Origin: Candidatus Zixiibacteriota bacterium | Lineage (GTDB): Bacteria > Zixibacteria > MSB-5A5 > UBA10806 | DNA: 64,000 bases | NCBI GenBank assembly: GCA_020344055.1 | Contig: CP070813.1 | Span: forward strand, 295,551 to 359,550 | Reading direction: 5' to 3' | Shown: piece after piece, positions 19,007-27,808 of the stretch | Layout: each line of letters starts with the position of its first letter | Numbering within the stretch: position 1 is the first letter of the stretch | The notes under the pieces: generated by a model | What the model saw: the letters and a program-made list of their open reading frames with translations, nothing else | The model's database searches: none | What the model was told of the DNA's origin: nothing | Translations under genes and position numbers: made by a program

Positions 19007-21427
19007 ATGATGAGGATTTTAGTTTCCGGTTTTTCATTATTTTTCTTAATGATATCGTTACCTACATCCATCAGCAATACGCAGTCCACACTTGACGAAG
19101 ATCCGCAAGAGCACCAGGCAATGACAAATCTATTTTCTTTACCATTTTACTTTACAGAAAATCTTGGACAATGGGGAGAAAAAACGCTTTTCAAAACCGA
19201 GACCGTTGGAGCATCTTTCTATTTTTGTAAAGACGAAGTGGCATATCTATTTGTAAGGAAAACGGACGAATTAATGGATGAGGATTCTTCCATCCGCAAA
19301 ATGATGGGAATGGATGATAAATTTTATAGGCCGCCGTATAAGAAAGAAGCCGTTCTCGTGAAAGTTCAGTTTTTGAATGCCAATCCCAATCCCGAAGTCA
19401 TTGGTATTGATCGTTTGTCTCACAATAATAATTACTTTTATGGCAACGATCCTTCATTGTGGCAAACGAATGCACGTAATTATTCGGCAATTGCATACAA
19501 GGATATATACGCTGGAATCGATCTAAAATATCGCGCCAATGGCAGATCGATGAAGTATGATTTTATTGTCAATCCCGGTGCTGATTATTCGCAAATTCGG
19601 CTTCGCTTTGACGGTATAGAGGATTTAAGTGTCACAGCCACAGGCGATTTGCTGATAGAAACGTCACTTAACCCAGTTTACGAAAAGGCTCCTTCCATTT
19701 ATCAGGAAATCAAGGGAGAAAAACGGGAAATATCAGGCCGATATAATGTAACGGAGCCGGGAATCCTTAGTTTTGCTTTGGAAGAAGAATTTAATCCTCA
19801 TTATCCATTAATTATTGATCCAGAACTACTCTTCAGCACATATCTTGGAGGATCCGATGCAGATGAGATGTTCGAAATAGCTCTCGATACAGATAACGAT
19901 GTCTATGTTTGTGGCATTAGCGATTCCTATGATTTTCCGCTCCTCAATCCCTACGATAGCACAGTTAACGGCAATGACGCGGTAGTTTCAAAATTCGCAT
20001 CGTCAGGGGAAACGCTATTATATAGCACTTTCATAGGCGGTGGGCAATCCGACGTAGCTTATGATATAACGGTTGACCTTAACGGTAATGCGTATGTTAC
20101 CGGTATAGCTTATTCGTCCAATTTTCCGGTTATAAATGGTTATGATGAGATTTTCGATGGTGGCGCCGATGCATTCGTACTTAAATTATCAAGAGAAGGC
20201 GATTCTCTAGAGTATAGTACATTTCTGGGAGGAGGTGGCGGAGAGGTCGGTCGTGGTATCTGCCTAGATTATGAAAATAACGCATACATTACAGGCTACA
20301 CGAACTCTTCGGATTTCCCCATCGTTAATGCATATGATGAATACCTGGGAGGGATTGACGATGTTTTTATAACAAAATTATCATCGTTCGGGAATAGCCT
20401 TATATATAGCACTTACCTTGGTGGATCATCGGATGAACAGGCCCGCGGTATCGATGTTGATTCCGAAGGAAACGCATTTGTAACTGGATATACATCCTCT
20501 TCAGATTTTCCTGTGGTTAACGCATATGATGATAGCTATAACGGAAATATCGACGTATTTGTAAGTGGATTATGGCAGACGGGCGATTCACTCATATATA
20601 GTACTTATATAGGTGGAAGTGACGAAGATAGGGGCGCCGGAGTGGTTGTTGATATAAACGGTAATACGTATATAACCGGAACTACGCTCTCTTCGGATTT
20701 TCCAACTATACAAGCTTTGGACAGTAGCTACAATGGCGATCTGGACGGTTTTGTGTGCAAAATGCCACCTATTGGCAATTCTATAACATATAGTTCTTAT
20801 TTTGGTGGATCTGGAGATGATGGAGGTACGGATATTTGCGTAGATATATGTGAAAATGTATATATTACCGGAGGAACGTTCTCGCCTGATTTTCCGACAT
20901 TTAATGCATATGATTCCACCTACAATAATTGGCATGATGTATTCGTTATCAAACTATTCTCGACAGGAAACATCATTATATATAGCACTCTTTTAGGCGG
21001 AGGCTTTAGAGAGATCGCATATGGTATCAGCATCGATTCGGCAGGAAGCGCATATATTACGGGATATACCATGTCTTCAGATTTTCCGCTCGTCAATCCC
21101 TGTTTTGGAAATTTCGCCGGTTCATTTGATGCGTTTGTGGCCAAATTTGGGCCAAGTTTGGATACGGTTTGCATTTATGTAATTGGCGATGTTAATGCCA
21201 GCGGTGATTACAATTCTCTCGATATATCATTTGGAGTAACATATTTCAAGGGCGGCGAATTTCCGATTTGCGAACCTTGTTGGCTATGTAGTGATTGGTA
21301 CTATTGCGGTGATGTCAACGGTAGCTGTAATTATAATGGGCTGGATATTACGTATGGTGTCAGGTATCTTAAAGATGAACTACCAGAACTAATCCCTTGT
21401 CCCGACTGCCAACTAACGATGCAGTAG
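19007..21427 (+). CDS. Secreted SBBP-type beta-propeller repeat protein with a dockerin-like Cys-containing C-terminal tail
   Basis: Signal peptide MMRILVSGFSLFFLMISLPTS. Repeated units YSTFLGG...D.g.GI.vD..GNAYvTG.T.SSDFP..NAYD (x8-9) follow the SBBP pattern. C-terminal CIYVIGDVNASGDYNSLDISFGVTYFKGG...CGDVNGSCNYNGLDITYGVRYLK...PCPDCQLTMQ (21170-21424). By eye this gene is lower in GC than its neighbours. Confidence 0.7.
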   Translation: MMRILVSGFSLFFLMISLPTSISNTQSTLDEDPQEHQAMTNLFSLPFYFTENLGQWGEKTLFKTETVGASFYFCKDEVAYLFVRKTDELMDEDSSIRKMMGMDDKFYRPPYKKEAVLVKVQFLNANPNPEVIGIDRLSHNNNYFYGNDPSLWQTNARNYSAIAYKDIYAGIDLKYRANGRSMKYDFIVNPGADYSQIRLRFDGIEDLSVTATGDLLIETSLNPVYEKAPSIYQEIKGEKREISGRYNVTEPGILSFALEEEFNPHYPLIIDPELLFSTYLGGSDADEMFEIALDTDNDVYVCGISDSYDFPLLNPYDSTVNGNDAVVSKFASSGETLLYSTFIGGGQSDVAYDITVDLNGNAYVTGIAYSSNFPVINGYDEIFDGGADAFVLKLSREGDSLEYSTFLGGGGGEVGRGICLDYENNAYITGYTNSSDFPIVNAYDEYLGGIDDVFITKLSSFGNSLIYSTYLGGSSDEQARGIDVDSEGNAFVTGYTSSSDFPVVNAYDDSYNGNIDVFVSGLWQTGDSLIYSTYIGGSDEDRGAGVVVDINGNTYITGTTLSSDFPTIQALDSSYNGDLDGFVCKMPPIGNSITYSSYFGGSGDDGGTDICVDICENVYITGGTFSPDFPTFNAYDSTYNNWHDVFVIKLFSTGNIIIYSTLLGGGFREIAYGISIDSAGSAYITGYTMSSDFPLVNPCFGNFAGSFDAFVAKFGPSLDTVCIYVIGDVNASGDYNSLDISFGVTYFKGGEFPICEPCWLCSDWYYCGDVNGSCNYNGLDITYGVRYLKDELPELIPCPDCQLTMQ

Positions 21428-21552
21428 GGTGCGTTATTGTTATTTCTGCATTATCAAAGATCCCCAAAGGCAAAGCATGGATCTGAATCGAAAATCCATA
21501 ATGAATCCCCAATCAGTTTTAGTATGACAATAGAACAATATTAGATTTATTA

Positions 21553-21597
21553 TTAATTTTAATTATATCCGTATCTTTTCCAGCTCCGCCTCCCCCG
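21553..21597. repeat. 45-bp direct repeat copy B; the genuine 3' end of the PP-loop ATPase gene
   Basis: TTAATTATATCCGTATCTTTTCCAGCTCCGCCTCCCCCGCC; one mismatch to 18755-18797. Confidence 0.7.
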
Positions 21598-22573
21598 CCG
21601 GAGCGGTCTCCAGGGCCCCGTCACCGTTCCGGGCGACATAGGTTACTCGCAGAAGCGGTTCGTTTTTGCCGTCGCAGTAGCGCGCTACCACCGAGGCGGC
21701 GGTCTTCATGACCGTCTCATCGGCCTCCCCCCGCAATAGCCCGATCGGGGAGCCGAACTCCAGAACCTCCATTATGCAATCGTCCGGCCGCCGCAGCGAT
21801 TCGATCAGATCGTTTTCCCGTTCATCCCGCCCCACCACCAGCTTGACCCTGTCGCTCAACCGGAAATGCCGTCCTACCCTGAGCAGGTTCAGGTCGTTGA
21901 AATCGGGATCGGGATCGTATTTCAGAAGATCGCGCAGGCGGTCCGAATAACGTTCGTCGGTGAGCAGGCATCCGGCGGCGGGGTTGGGATATTCGGATAG
22001 GCCGAACTGTTCGGCCAGCGCCATCTGGCGTTTGCGGGAACGTCCCTCGATATCCAGAAGCCACTCCCTTTGTATCAGCCCCTCTTTTTCCGGTACGGTG
22101 GGGGGGAGGAGCCTGCCGCAAAGCGGCCGCACCAGCCGCCCCTCCAGGCCGCAGTTCTTGGCGATCAGGTCAAGTGTGAAACGCCTCTGCGACATGGGCC
22201 GTTGACCCAGCACCTCGCCGGTTATCACGAACTGCCCGCCGGTAAGCTCCATGTAATCCCTTGCCTCGGCCAGCATCACCAGCCGGCAGTCGATGCAGGG
22301 GTTCATGTTTCTGCCGCGCCCGTAACGGGGATTTTTCACGATATCGATGAATTTCTGCCCCAGGTGTGCCAGCTTCACCCTGAAGCCGAACTTTTCGGCG
22401 GCAGGGTAGGGGTCGTGCCCGCAGGTCGATCTGTCGGAGGCGTCGCAGCCGAAATGGGTCATGAAGGTTATCGCCTCCACCTCCACGCCGTATTTCATCA
22501 TCTGCAGTATCGCCAGCGTGGAATCCAGGCCGCCGGAATACAACGCTGCCGCCTTTACCTTGATTTTGCTCAC
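21563..22573 (-). CDS. PP-loop ATPase (adenine nucleotide alpha-hydrolase superfamily); ThiI/MnmA-like putative tRNA sulfurtransferase lacking a THUMP domain
   Basis: PP-loop SGGLDS near the N-terminus (KAAALYSGGLDSTLAIL). NPCIDCRL and ITGEVLGQRPMSQR resemble ThiI/MnmA-type motifs. ~120-aa C-terminal extension. Exact function uncertain. Confidence 0.5.
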   Translation of the reverse strand: MSKIKVKAAALYSGGLDSTLAILQMMKYGVEVEAITFMTHFGCDASDRSTCGHDPYPAAEKFGFRVKLAHLGQKFIDIVKNPRYGRGRNMNPCIDCRLVMLAEARDYMELTGGQFVITGEVLGQRPMSQRRFTLDLIAKNCGLEGRLVRPLCGRLLPPTVPEKEGLIQREWLLDIEGRSRKRQMALAEQFGLSEYPNPAAGCLLTDERYSDRLRDLLKYDPDPDFNDLNLLRVGRHFRLSDRVKLVVGRDERENDLIESLRRPDDCIMEVLEFGSPIGLLRGEADETVMKTAASVVARYCDGKNEPLLRVTYVARNGDGALETAPAGEAELEKIRI

Positions 22574-22631
22574 TATCTCATCCCGTTTGATCCAATAGCT
22601 GCATATTCGCGATAATAAAAGACATCAATTC

Positions 22632-22676
22632 TCTAAAAAATCAAATAAAAAGAAAAGGGGCGCGCACCCGCGCCCC
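22632..22676 (-). terminator. Rho-independent terminator of the Rrf2 regulator gene
   Basis: GGGGCGCG-cacc-CGCGCCCC hairpin (22657-22676) followed on the minus strand by TTTTCTTTTTATTTGATTTTTTAG. Confidence 0.7.
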
Positions 22677-22739
22677 TGATTACTGGAACTTCTTTCATTC
22701 CCGGAATCGACAATTCCGGGGATCGAACAGGTAACGCTT

Positions 22740-23210
22740 TTAATTGCTTACCGATTCGACCGGATTCGACTTGCCGGCTTTTTTTCTGGCGAAAGGATAG
22801 TACTTATCATAGTCGAATGAAGACAGATTGACGGAACCGAGCGATTTCACTACCCGCTCCTGCTCCGCCTGCCAGAATGAATGCATGGCGCATTGAGGCT
22901 TTTTGCTGCAGCCGCTTTCGTCGGAGTGACGAATACAGTCGTTTACCATGATCTTGCCCTGCATCGATTCAATTATATCCAGGAATGTGATATCTTCCCG
23001 GTTCTTGGCAAGACGATAACCGCCGTTGATACCCTTGTAACTGTGCAAAAGACCCTGGAGCGATAACTCCTTCAGGATTTTTGCCAGGTACTCTCTGGGA
23101 ACCTTCTCCGCATCGGAGATCTCGTTAATCGAACAGATCTTATCGCTCTCCCAAGCGGAGATGTAGACCATGGCCCTTAAAGCGTAATCTGATTTCCTTG
23201 AAATTTGCAT
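22740..23210 (-). CDS. Rrf2 family transcriptional regulator (IscR/NsrR-like, probable Fe-S cluster ligating)
   Basis: N-terminal wHTH MQISRKSDYALRAMVYIS...EISDAEKVPREYLAKILKELSLQGLL. Three Cys at C-x8-C-x5-C (DCIRHSDESGCSKKPQC). Confidence 0.85.
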   Translation of the reverse strand: MQISRKSDYALRAMVYISAWESDKICSINEISDAEKVPREYLAKILKELSLQGLLHSYKGINGGYRLAKNREDITFLDIIESMQGKIMVNDCIRHSDESGCSKKPQCAMHSFWQAEQERVVKSLGSVNLSSFDYDKYYPFARKKAGKSNPVESVSN

Positions 23211-23480
23211 CTTTTCTCCTTAATCATGGAGTTAATTCATCCATTTATCTCGAATCTATAAATGACTATACTCAAAGTCAAGAGAAAATGTTTCCGAACG
23301 ACGAAAATAATCGCAAAATTTATCCATATCACGTCTAACCCTATTTATTTTCAACACCTTACCTGACGACACTTTCTTTTTTTGTTTTCTTACCGGAACC
23401 GCAAAATTTAATGGTAAAAAAGATCCAAAATTTACAGATATTATAAACTAATCTGTTAATGGGAATAGTTCCCTATATTT

Positions 23481-24431
23481 TTAACGGCCTATATTCCTGG
23501 AGACTATTAATGCGTGCGCCCGGATTTTTTCGAATCCCTTGTCGTAAAGGACAGTGTCCCGGAACTGCCTGTTAAACTGCTGTTCGGTCATATTCAAAAA
23601 CGCCCCGATATCAAATTTAGATAGAAAATCCTTGGCAATAAAGCGGGTATCGGAGGTTTCAACAGGTTTGTTGTTGTACGGACACGTCAGCTGACAGATA
23701 TCGCATCCGATTACGATGTTGTTCATTTTAGCGGCGATATCCTCCGGGATTTCGCCCCTGTTACTGGTGGTGTGATACGAAATACATTTGATGGCATCTA
23801 TCGTACAATCTTCAAGTATGGCGCCGGTAGGGCAGGAATCGATGCAACGCCTGCATTTCCCGCAGGTGCCCTTGACCGGTTCATCCGGTTCCAGCCGCAG
23901 GTCTGTAACGATAACCCCGAGAAAATGAAAACTCCCTTTGTATATCGATCCGTTTATTTTGAATTTGGGAATGATAACCAGACTGTTTCTTCCTATAAAT
24001 CCTAATCCGGCCTTGACCGCCAACGTTTTCTCGGAGATAGGCGATGTATCGACAAAAATCCTGAAATTGAATTTCCCGTATTTATTCGCTATCCTGCCGC
24101 AGAGTTCCTTTAATTTTTCTTCTAAAACTATGCGATAATCCTCGCCGCGGGCGTAGATCGAGACATATCCCGATTCGGGATCATTGGTCGGATCAGTGTA
24201 ATAATTATGACCGCATACTATCACGGATGATGCATCGGGAAGGTGAATTCTGGGATCGAATCTCTTGCGTGTTTCTCTTTCGAGATAGCCCATGCTGGCG
24301 TGATACCGGTTTTTTATCCAGTTGAGGAGCTTGTCATGATGCACGGGGTCATATTCGGCCGCCGCGACCCCGGTTTTTAAAAAACCGAGCCGGGATCCCT
24401 CTTCTTTTATGAACTGTTTTAATTCCATCAA
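23481..24431 (-). CDS. queG: Epoxyqueuosine reductase
   Basis: GFLKTGVAAAEYDPVHHDKLLNWIKNRYHASMGYLERETRKRFDP is QueG N-terminal-region sequence. 4Fe-4S ferredoxin motifs CGKCRRCIDSCPTGAI and CDICQLTCPYN. Confidence 0.8.
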   Translation of the reverse strand: MMELKQFIKEEGSRLGFLKTGVAAAEYDPVHHDKLLNWIKNRYHASMGYLERETRKRFDPRIHLPDASSVIVCGHNYYTDPTNDPESGYVSIYARGEDYRIVLEEKLKELCGRIANKYGKFNFRIFVDTSPISEKTLAVKAGLGFIGRNSLVIIPKFKINGSIYKGSFHFLGVIVTDLRLEPDEPVKGTCGKCRRCIDSCPTGAILEDCTIDAIKCISYHTTSNRGEIPEDIAAKMNNIVIGCDICQLTCPYNNKPVETSDTRFIAKDFLSKFDIGAFLNMTEQQFNRQFRDTVLYDKGFEKIRAHALIVSRNIGR

Positions 24432-24453
24432 AAAGCTATTAGCCTAAATATAT

Positions 24454-25074
24454 TCAGTTTTCGATTTCGTGTCGGATAATAAGATCCGTTTCTGTAAAAT
24501 CGCCTACTGTTAAGGGAATTTTAAGTGTACTTTCCTTGAAGAAACAGGCGGCCTCCAGCCCTTTTGTACAGCAGACGACCCTGTAATACAGATACAGATC
24601 GGCCTTGCCCGGTTTTACGGATAAGGGGAACGTAAACCCTTTCTCGGGATCGTCGCCCGCGCCCTCGCCGATCGCTATTATTTCCGGATTTCCGGATTCG
24701 GCGACCAGCTTAACGGGGGCGTCCTTGACGAATTTTAGAGTAATGGGCACGGAGAGCTTAAGCTTCAATACGTCCGTTTTCGATGATATTTCTTTCCCCG
24801 CCAGCTCGATTACGTCATCGGAGGACCAGTCTATTACCTCTTCCGGTTTCTCCGCCGGGATAGTATCGCCCATGGATGATGTGATCGAATCCGGGGCGCC
24901 GTTTTTTAGCAGATCGAGCGTATCGGAACCGCCCCAGATTTTGCCTCCAATAATAGTGGGCGTCTTCGTCTCGTCATCCGTTTGCGCATTTATGGCTAAA
25001 ATCGGAATCGCTATCGTAACCAGGATAATCCCGGCCGTTATTTTTCCCATCCTTTTTATCCTTAATCTTTCCAT
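24454..25074 (-). CDS. Hypothetical secreted protein
   Basis: N-terminal hydrophobic signal (GKITAGIILVTIAIPILAINAQ); no recognisable catalytic motif. Confidence 0.4.
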   Translation of the reverse strand: MERLRIKRMGKITAGIILVTIAIPILAINAQTDDETKTPTIIGGKIWGGSDTLDLLKNGAPDSITSSMGDTIPAEKPEEVIDWSSDDVIELAGKEISSKTDVLKLKLSVPITLKFVKDAPVKLVAESGNPEIIAIGEGAGDDPEKGFTFPLSVKPGKADLYLYYRVVCCTKGLEAACFFKESTLKIPLTVGDFTETDLIIRHEIEN

Positions 25075-25523
25075 CTTTTAGGGGGATCCATATCCATCAT
25101 TCGAAAATAGGCTATTATCTCTCCCCGATGATGAATCTCATGTTCTATCACGGTGTTTATCATGACGGATACCGATACATGGGCGTGGCTTACGGTGAGG
25201 AACCGGGAATCCAATTTGTCATCATCGAGCCTCAAGATAAAATCGTCCCCCAGGTTATGGATTCTCCTCCATTGAGATAGCGAGGTTTCCAGGTCTTTCG
25301 ACGGTTTAAAATCGAACGGTATTTTATCAAGTTTCAGCGCCGTTGCGGTTTCATCCAGGATCTCGGCCTCCACCGCGGAGATATGATCTATCTGCTCGCC
25401 GAACGACATCAATTCCGGCAGCGGTTTGACATCAAACCACTCGGGCTTTATACCTTGAAGGACCATTTCCGTTCCCTCGAAAAAGGCCTTTCTCTGGGCG
25501 AGTATGAGCTCTACGGAGTTCAA
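25062..25523 (-). CDS. DinB/YfiT-like metal-dependent hydrolase superfamily protein (DinB_2)
   Basis: Four-helix-bundle His-rich pattern (DHISAVEAEI...EHEIHHRGEI). Confidence 0.5.
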   Translation of the reverse strand: MNSVELILAQRKAFFEGTEMVLQGIKPEWFDVKPLPELMSFGEQIDHISAVEAEILDETATALKLDKIPFDFKPSKDLETSLSQWRRIHNLGDDFILRLDDDKLDSRFLTVSHAHVSVSVMINTVIEHEIHHRGEIIAYFRMMDMDPPKRWKD

Positions 25524-26155
25524 AGCTTTACGGCTAATCCGAGCCCGTCGCGGATCGGAATTATCGACGATAAAATACCGTCGGAATTAAAAAGCCTGCG
25601 GTTAAATTCCTGTATACCTTTTGTGTTCTCATCGGACTTTTCCGAAAGCACTCTTCCCGACCACAGGACGTTGTCGGTTATGAAGATCCCGCCAGGTTTT
25701 AAAAGCCTTACGGCCGGATCGAAGGCCTTCGGGTAACCGTGTTTGTCAATATCGTTCATTATGATATCAAAGGGGCCTTCCAGATTCGAGGCTATCTCCA
25801 GGGCATCGCCAAGGCGAAAATCGATCTTCCTTTCGAAACCTCCCCGCTTCAGGTATTCCAGCGCCCTTTTTCTGTTGGATTCATCGCTGTCGGTGCAGAT
25901 TATACGGCCGTCATCGGGAATCCCGCCCGCAAACCAGTATGCCGAGTACCCGAAACCGGAACCCAGTTCAAGGATATTTTTCGCGTTGGTTATTATGGCC
26001 AGTTGTCTCAAAAACGGCCCCACCATGGGGCCGATAATCGGAAAATGGTTCTCGACGGCGTATTTCTCCATCTCTTTTAAGACCGGATCGGATGATTTTC
26101 CTATATTTTTTATGTACTCGTTTATCCTGGGGTCGGTTATCTCGAATGACTGCAT
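25520..26155 (-). CDS. Class I SAM-dependent O-methyltransferase (Methyltransf_3 / caffeoyl-CoA OMT-like)
   Basis: LELGSGFGYSAYWFAGG (motif I) ... RIICTDSDE ... FDIIMNDIDKHGYPKAF ... LLKPGGIFITDNVLWSGRV. Confidence 0.8.
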   Translation of the reverse strand: MQSFEITDPRINEYIKNIGKSSDPVLKEMEKYAVENHFPIIGPMVGPFLRQLAIITNAKNILELGSGFGYSAYWFAGGIPDDGRIICTDSDESNRKRALEYLKRGGFERKIDFRLGDALEIASNLEGPFDIIMNDIDKHGYPKAFDPAVRLLKPGGIFITDNVLWSGRVLSEKSDENTKGIQEFNRRLFNSDGILSSIIPIRDGLGLAVKL

Positions 26156-26164
26156 CGGCCTGTC

Positions 26165-26482
26165 TTATTCCAACGGATTAAGTCCAATAAGAATATTGTC
26201 ACCTTCGATTTTTACCGGGTAGGTTTTCAGAAATCCCCATGACTCCAGAGGAGGGTCGAGCAACGGTTCCAGGCTCCCGGCGACGTCGGGATGAAAATCG
26301 TACGGCAGCGAATAACCGTCGGGATTGGCCGCGTCATATACCTCGATGGCGAGCGGATCGTTCCCTATAAAGGTTATTATTATTACCTTGCCCTTCAGGG
26401 TAACCTTGAACCAGCCTTTTTCAGCCATCTGCTGTAGCTGGCCGACCTTTACGTATTCGGCAAATGTTACCATTAACGGCAC
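26165..26482 (-). CDS. Hypothetical protein
   Basis: ORF only; translationally coupled to the lipB 3' end; no recognisable motif. Confidence 0.35.
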   Translation of the reverse strand: MPLMVTFAEYVKVGQLQQMAEKGWFKVTLKGKVIIITFIGNDPLAIEVYDAANPDGYSLPYDFHPDVAGSLEPLLDPPLESWGFLKTYPVKIEGDNILIGLNPLE

Positions 26483-27177
26483 CCCGCCGGTTCCGGTACG
26501 ATTGAATCGATCGATTCCGCCGGCTCGATAATAAAATCGAATGTGTTGGCGAAGCTCTTTTCGAGCCTGTTTTTAACCTCATCCGGATCGACCTCATCGC
26601 CGATCATGGATTTTATGGAGCCCACCGGGAATTCGGATATACCGCAGGGCGTTATAAGCTTGAAATAATCGAGGTCGGTGTTAATGTTGAGGGCCGCCCC
26701 GTGATAGGTTATCCACCTGGATACCGCCACCCCTATAGCCGCCAGCTTATGATTGCCCGCCCAGACCCCGGTCAGCCCCTCTTTGGCGCCGGCGTCGATG
26801 CCATACTCTTTCAAAACGTCTATAATCGTTTTCTCGAGATTCCTCAAATACCTGTGCAGGTCGCGGCCGTGTTCGTTGAGATCCAGGATGGGATAGATCA
26901 CCAGCTGCCCGAGACCGTGAAACGTTACGTCGCCGCCCCTCTCGATCTCGAACAACTCGATGTTTTTCTTTTTCAGCTCTTCGGGAGAACAGAGAAGGTT
27001 TCCGGCCGAGCTGGCCCGGCCCATTGTTATCACCGGGTTATGCTCGGTAAAAAGCAGAACGTCCGGAATCTCCTCTTTCTGACGCAGTTCCACGAGCTTC
27101 TTCTGGAGATCCCAGGCGGTCTTGTAATCGGTTCGCCCGAGATCGACGCTTACCAGTTTTTTCAATTTTTCAGTCAT
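26473..27177 (-). CDS. lipB: Lipoyl(octanoyl) transferase
   Basis: YKTAWDLQKKLVELR...LLFTEHNPVITMGR...RGGDVTFHGLGQLVIYPILDL...NHKLAAIGVAVSRWITYHGAALN includes the catalytic Lys region. Confidence 0.9.
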   Translation of the reverse strand: MTEKLKKLVSVDLGRTDYKTAWDLQKKLVELRQKEEIPDVLLFTEHNPVITMGRASSAGNLLCSPEELKKKNIELFEIERGGDVTFHGLGQLVIYPILDLNEHGRDLHRYLRNLEKTIIDVLKEYGIDAGAKEGLTGVWAGNHKLAAIGVAVSRWITYHGAALNINTDLDYFKLITPCGISEFPVGSIKSMIGDEVDPDEVKNRLEKSFANTFDFIIEPAESIDSIVPEPAGCR

Positions 27178-27394
27178 TCGTCTTTGCCTCTTTACTAACT
27201 TCCCGCGCTATATACATTAACAACGGCGCGGGTCAAGCTGTTTCCGATTTCGACGTCAATTTCATCCCTCGACAGCCATGGCTTCAGTCGCTGGGCAGGC
27301 CCCGCCGGGACCAGAAAGTCCGACTCTTACCTTTACGGTCAAAAACCTGTTGTGTTTCGGGAACTATGATCGTCGACACTGGGGCCTGCAGATG

Positions 27395-27482
27395 GTAGGT
27401 CGGAAGCCCCGCCGAAGGCGGGGCGCTTCCGACGTCAGGATTAATAAGTTTTTTTGTCTGGAGCCGGGGGCTCCCGACCTAC
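27395..27482 (-). other. Structured RNA-like element in the lipB leader: outer stem GTAGGTCGG/CCGACCTAC enclosing two GC-rich hairpins
   Basis: gtaggtcgg [GAAGCCCCGCC-gaa-GGCGGGGCGCTTC] cgacgtcaggattaataagtttttttgtct [GGAGCC-ggg-GGCTCC] ccgacctac. It lies between the ferredoxin terminator and the lipB start, so it is transcribed with lipB on the minus strand. Confidence 0.35.
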
Positions 27483-27509
27483 TCGACTACTCGACTGTTA
27501 CCGTGGCCC

Positions 27510-27544
27510 CGCAAAATAAAAAGGGCCGATCCACGATCGGCCCT
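27510..27544 (-). terminator. Rho-independent terminator of the ferredoxin gene
   Basis: AGGGCCGATC-gtg-GATCGGCCCT hairpin (27522-27544) followed on the minus strand by TTTTTATTTT. Confidence 0.75.
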
Positions 27545-27619
27545 TACGTCAAAGATGTCAGCCACGGTTGAGGTCATTTTTTAGAGCGTTACGGCTCCCC
27601 GTGACCGCAAATAATTCAT

Positions 27620-27808
27620 TTATTCGATAAGCTTAATGCACTCTGCCGGGCAGGACTCCACCGCCTCGCGGGCAGCGTCCTCAACATCTTCCGGAACCTC
27701 GTCGACGATGACCTTGGCCACGTCGCCGTCCATCTCAAACACTTCCGGGCAGAGATCCACGCAAATCTCGTCTCCTGTGCACTCGTCTTGATCTATTTCG
27801 ACCTTCAT
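27620..27808 (-). CDS. Small single-cluster ferredoxin (Fd-type 3Fe/4Fe-4S)
   Basis: 62 aa, acidic. CTGDEICVDLCP ... ESCPAECI cysteine pattern. Confidence 0.8.
   Translation of the reverse strand: MKVEIDQDECTGDEICVDLCPEVFEMDGDVAKVIVDEVPEDVEDAAREAVESCPAECIKLIE

Noticed and set aside
27313-27322. RNase P RNA-like motif AGAAAGUCCG in the lipB leader
   Set aside because: Only a 10-nt resemblance to the conserved GGAAAGUCCGG region. The other universally conserved RNase P segments are not present and the intergenic space (~440 nt with terminator) does not fit a ~350-nt RNase P RNA.
27278-27571. 97-aa ORF in the lipB-ferredoxin intergenic region
   Set aside because: It overlaps the ferredoxin terminator and GC-rich hairpins, has no RBS, and its translation is Pro/Arg/Gly-rich. 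It is likely non-coding.
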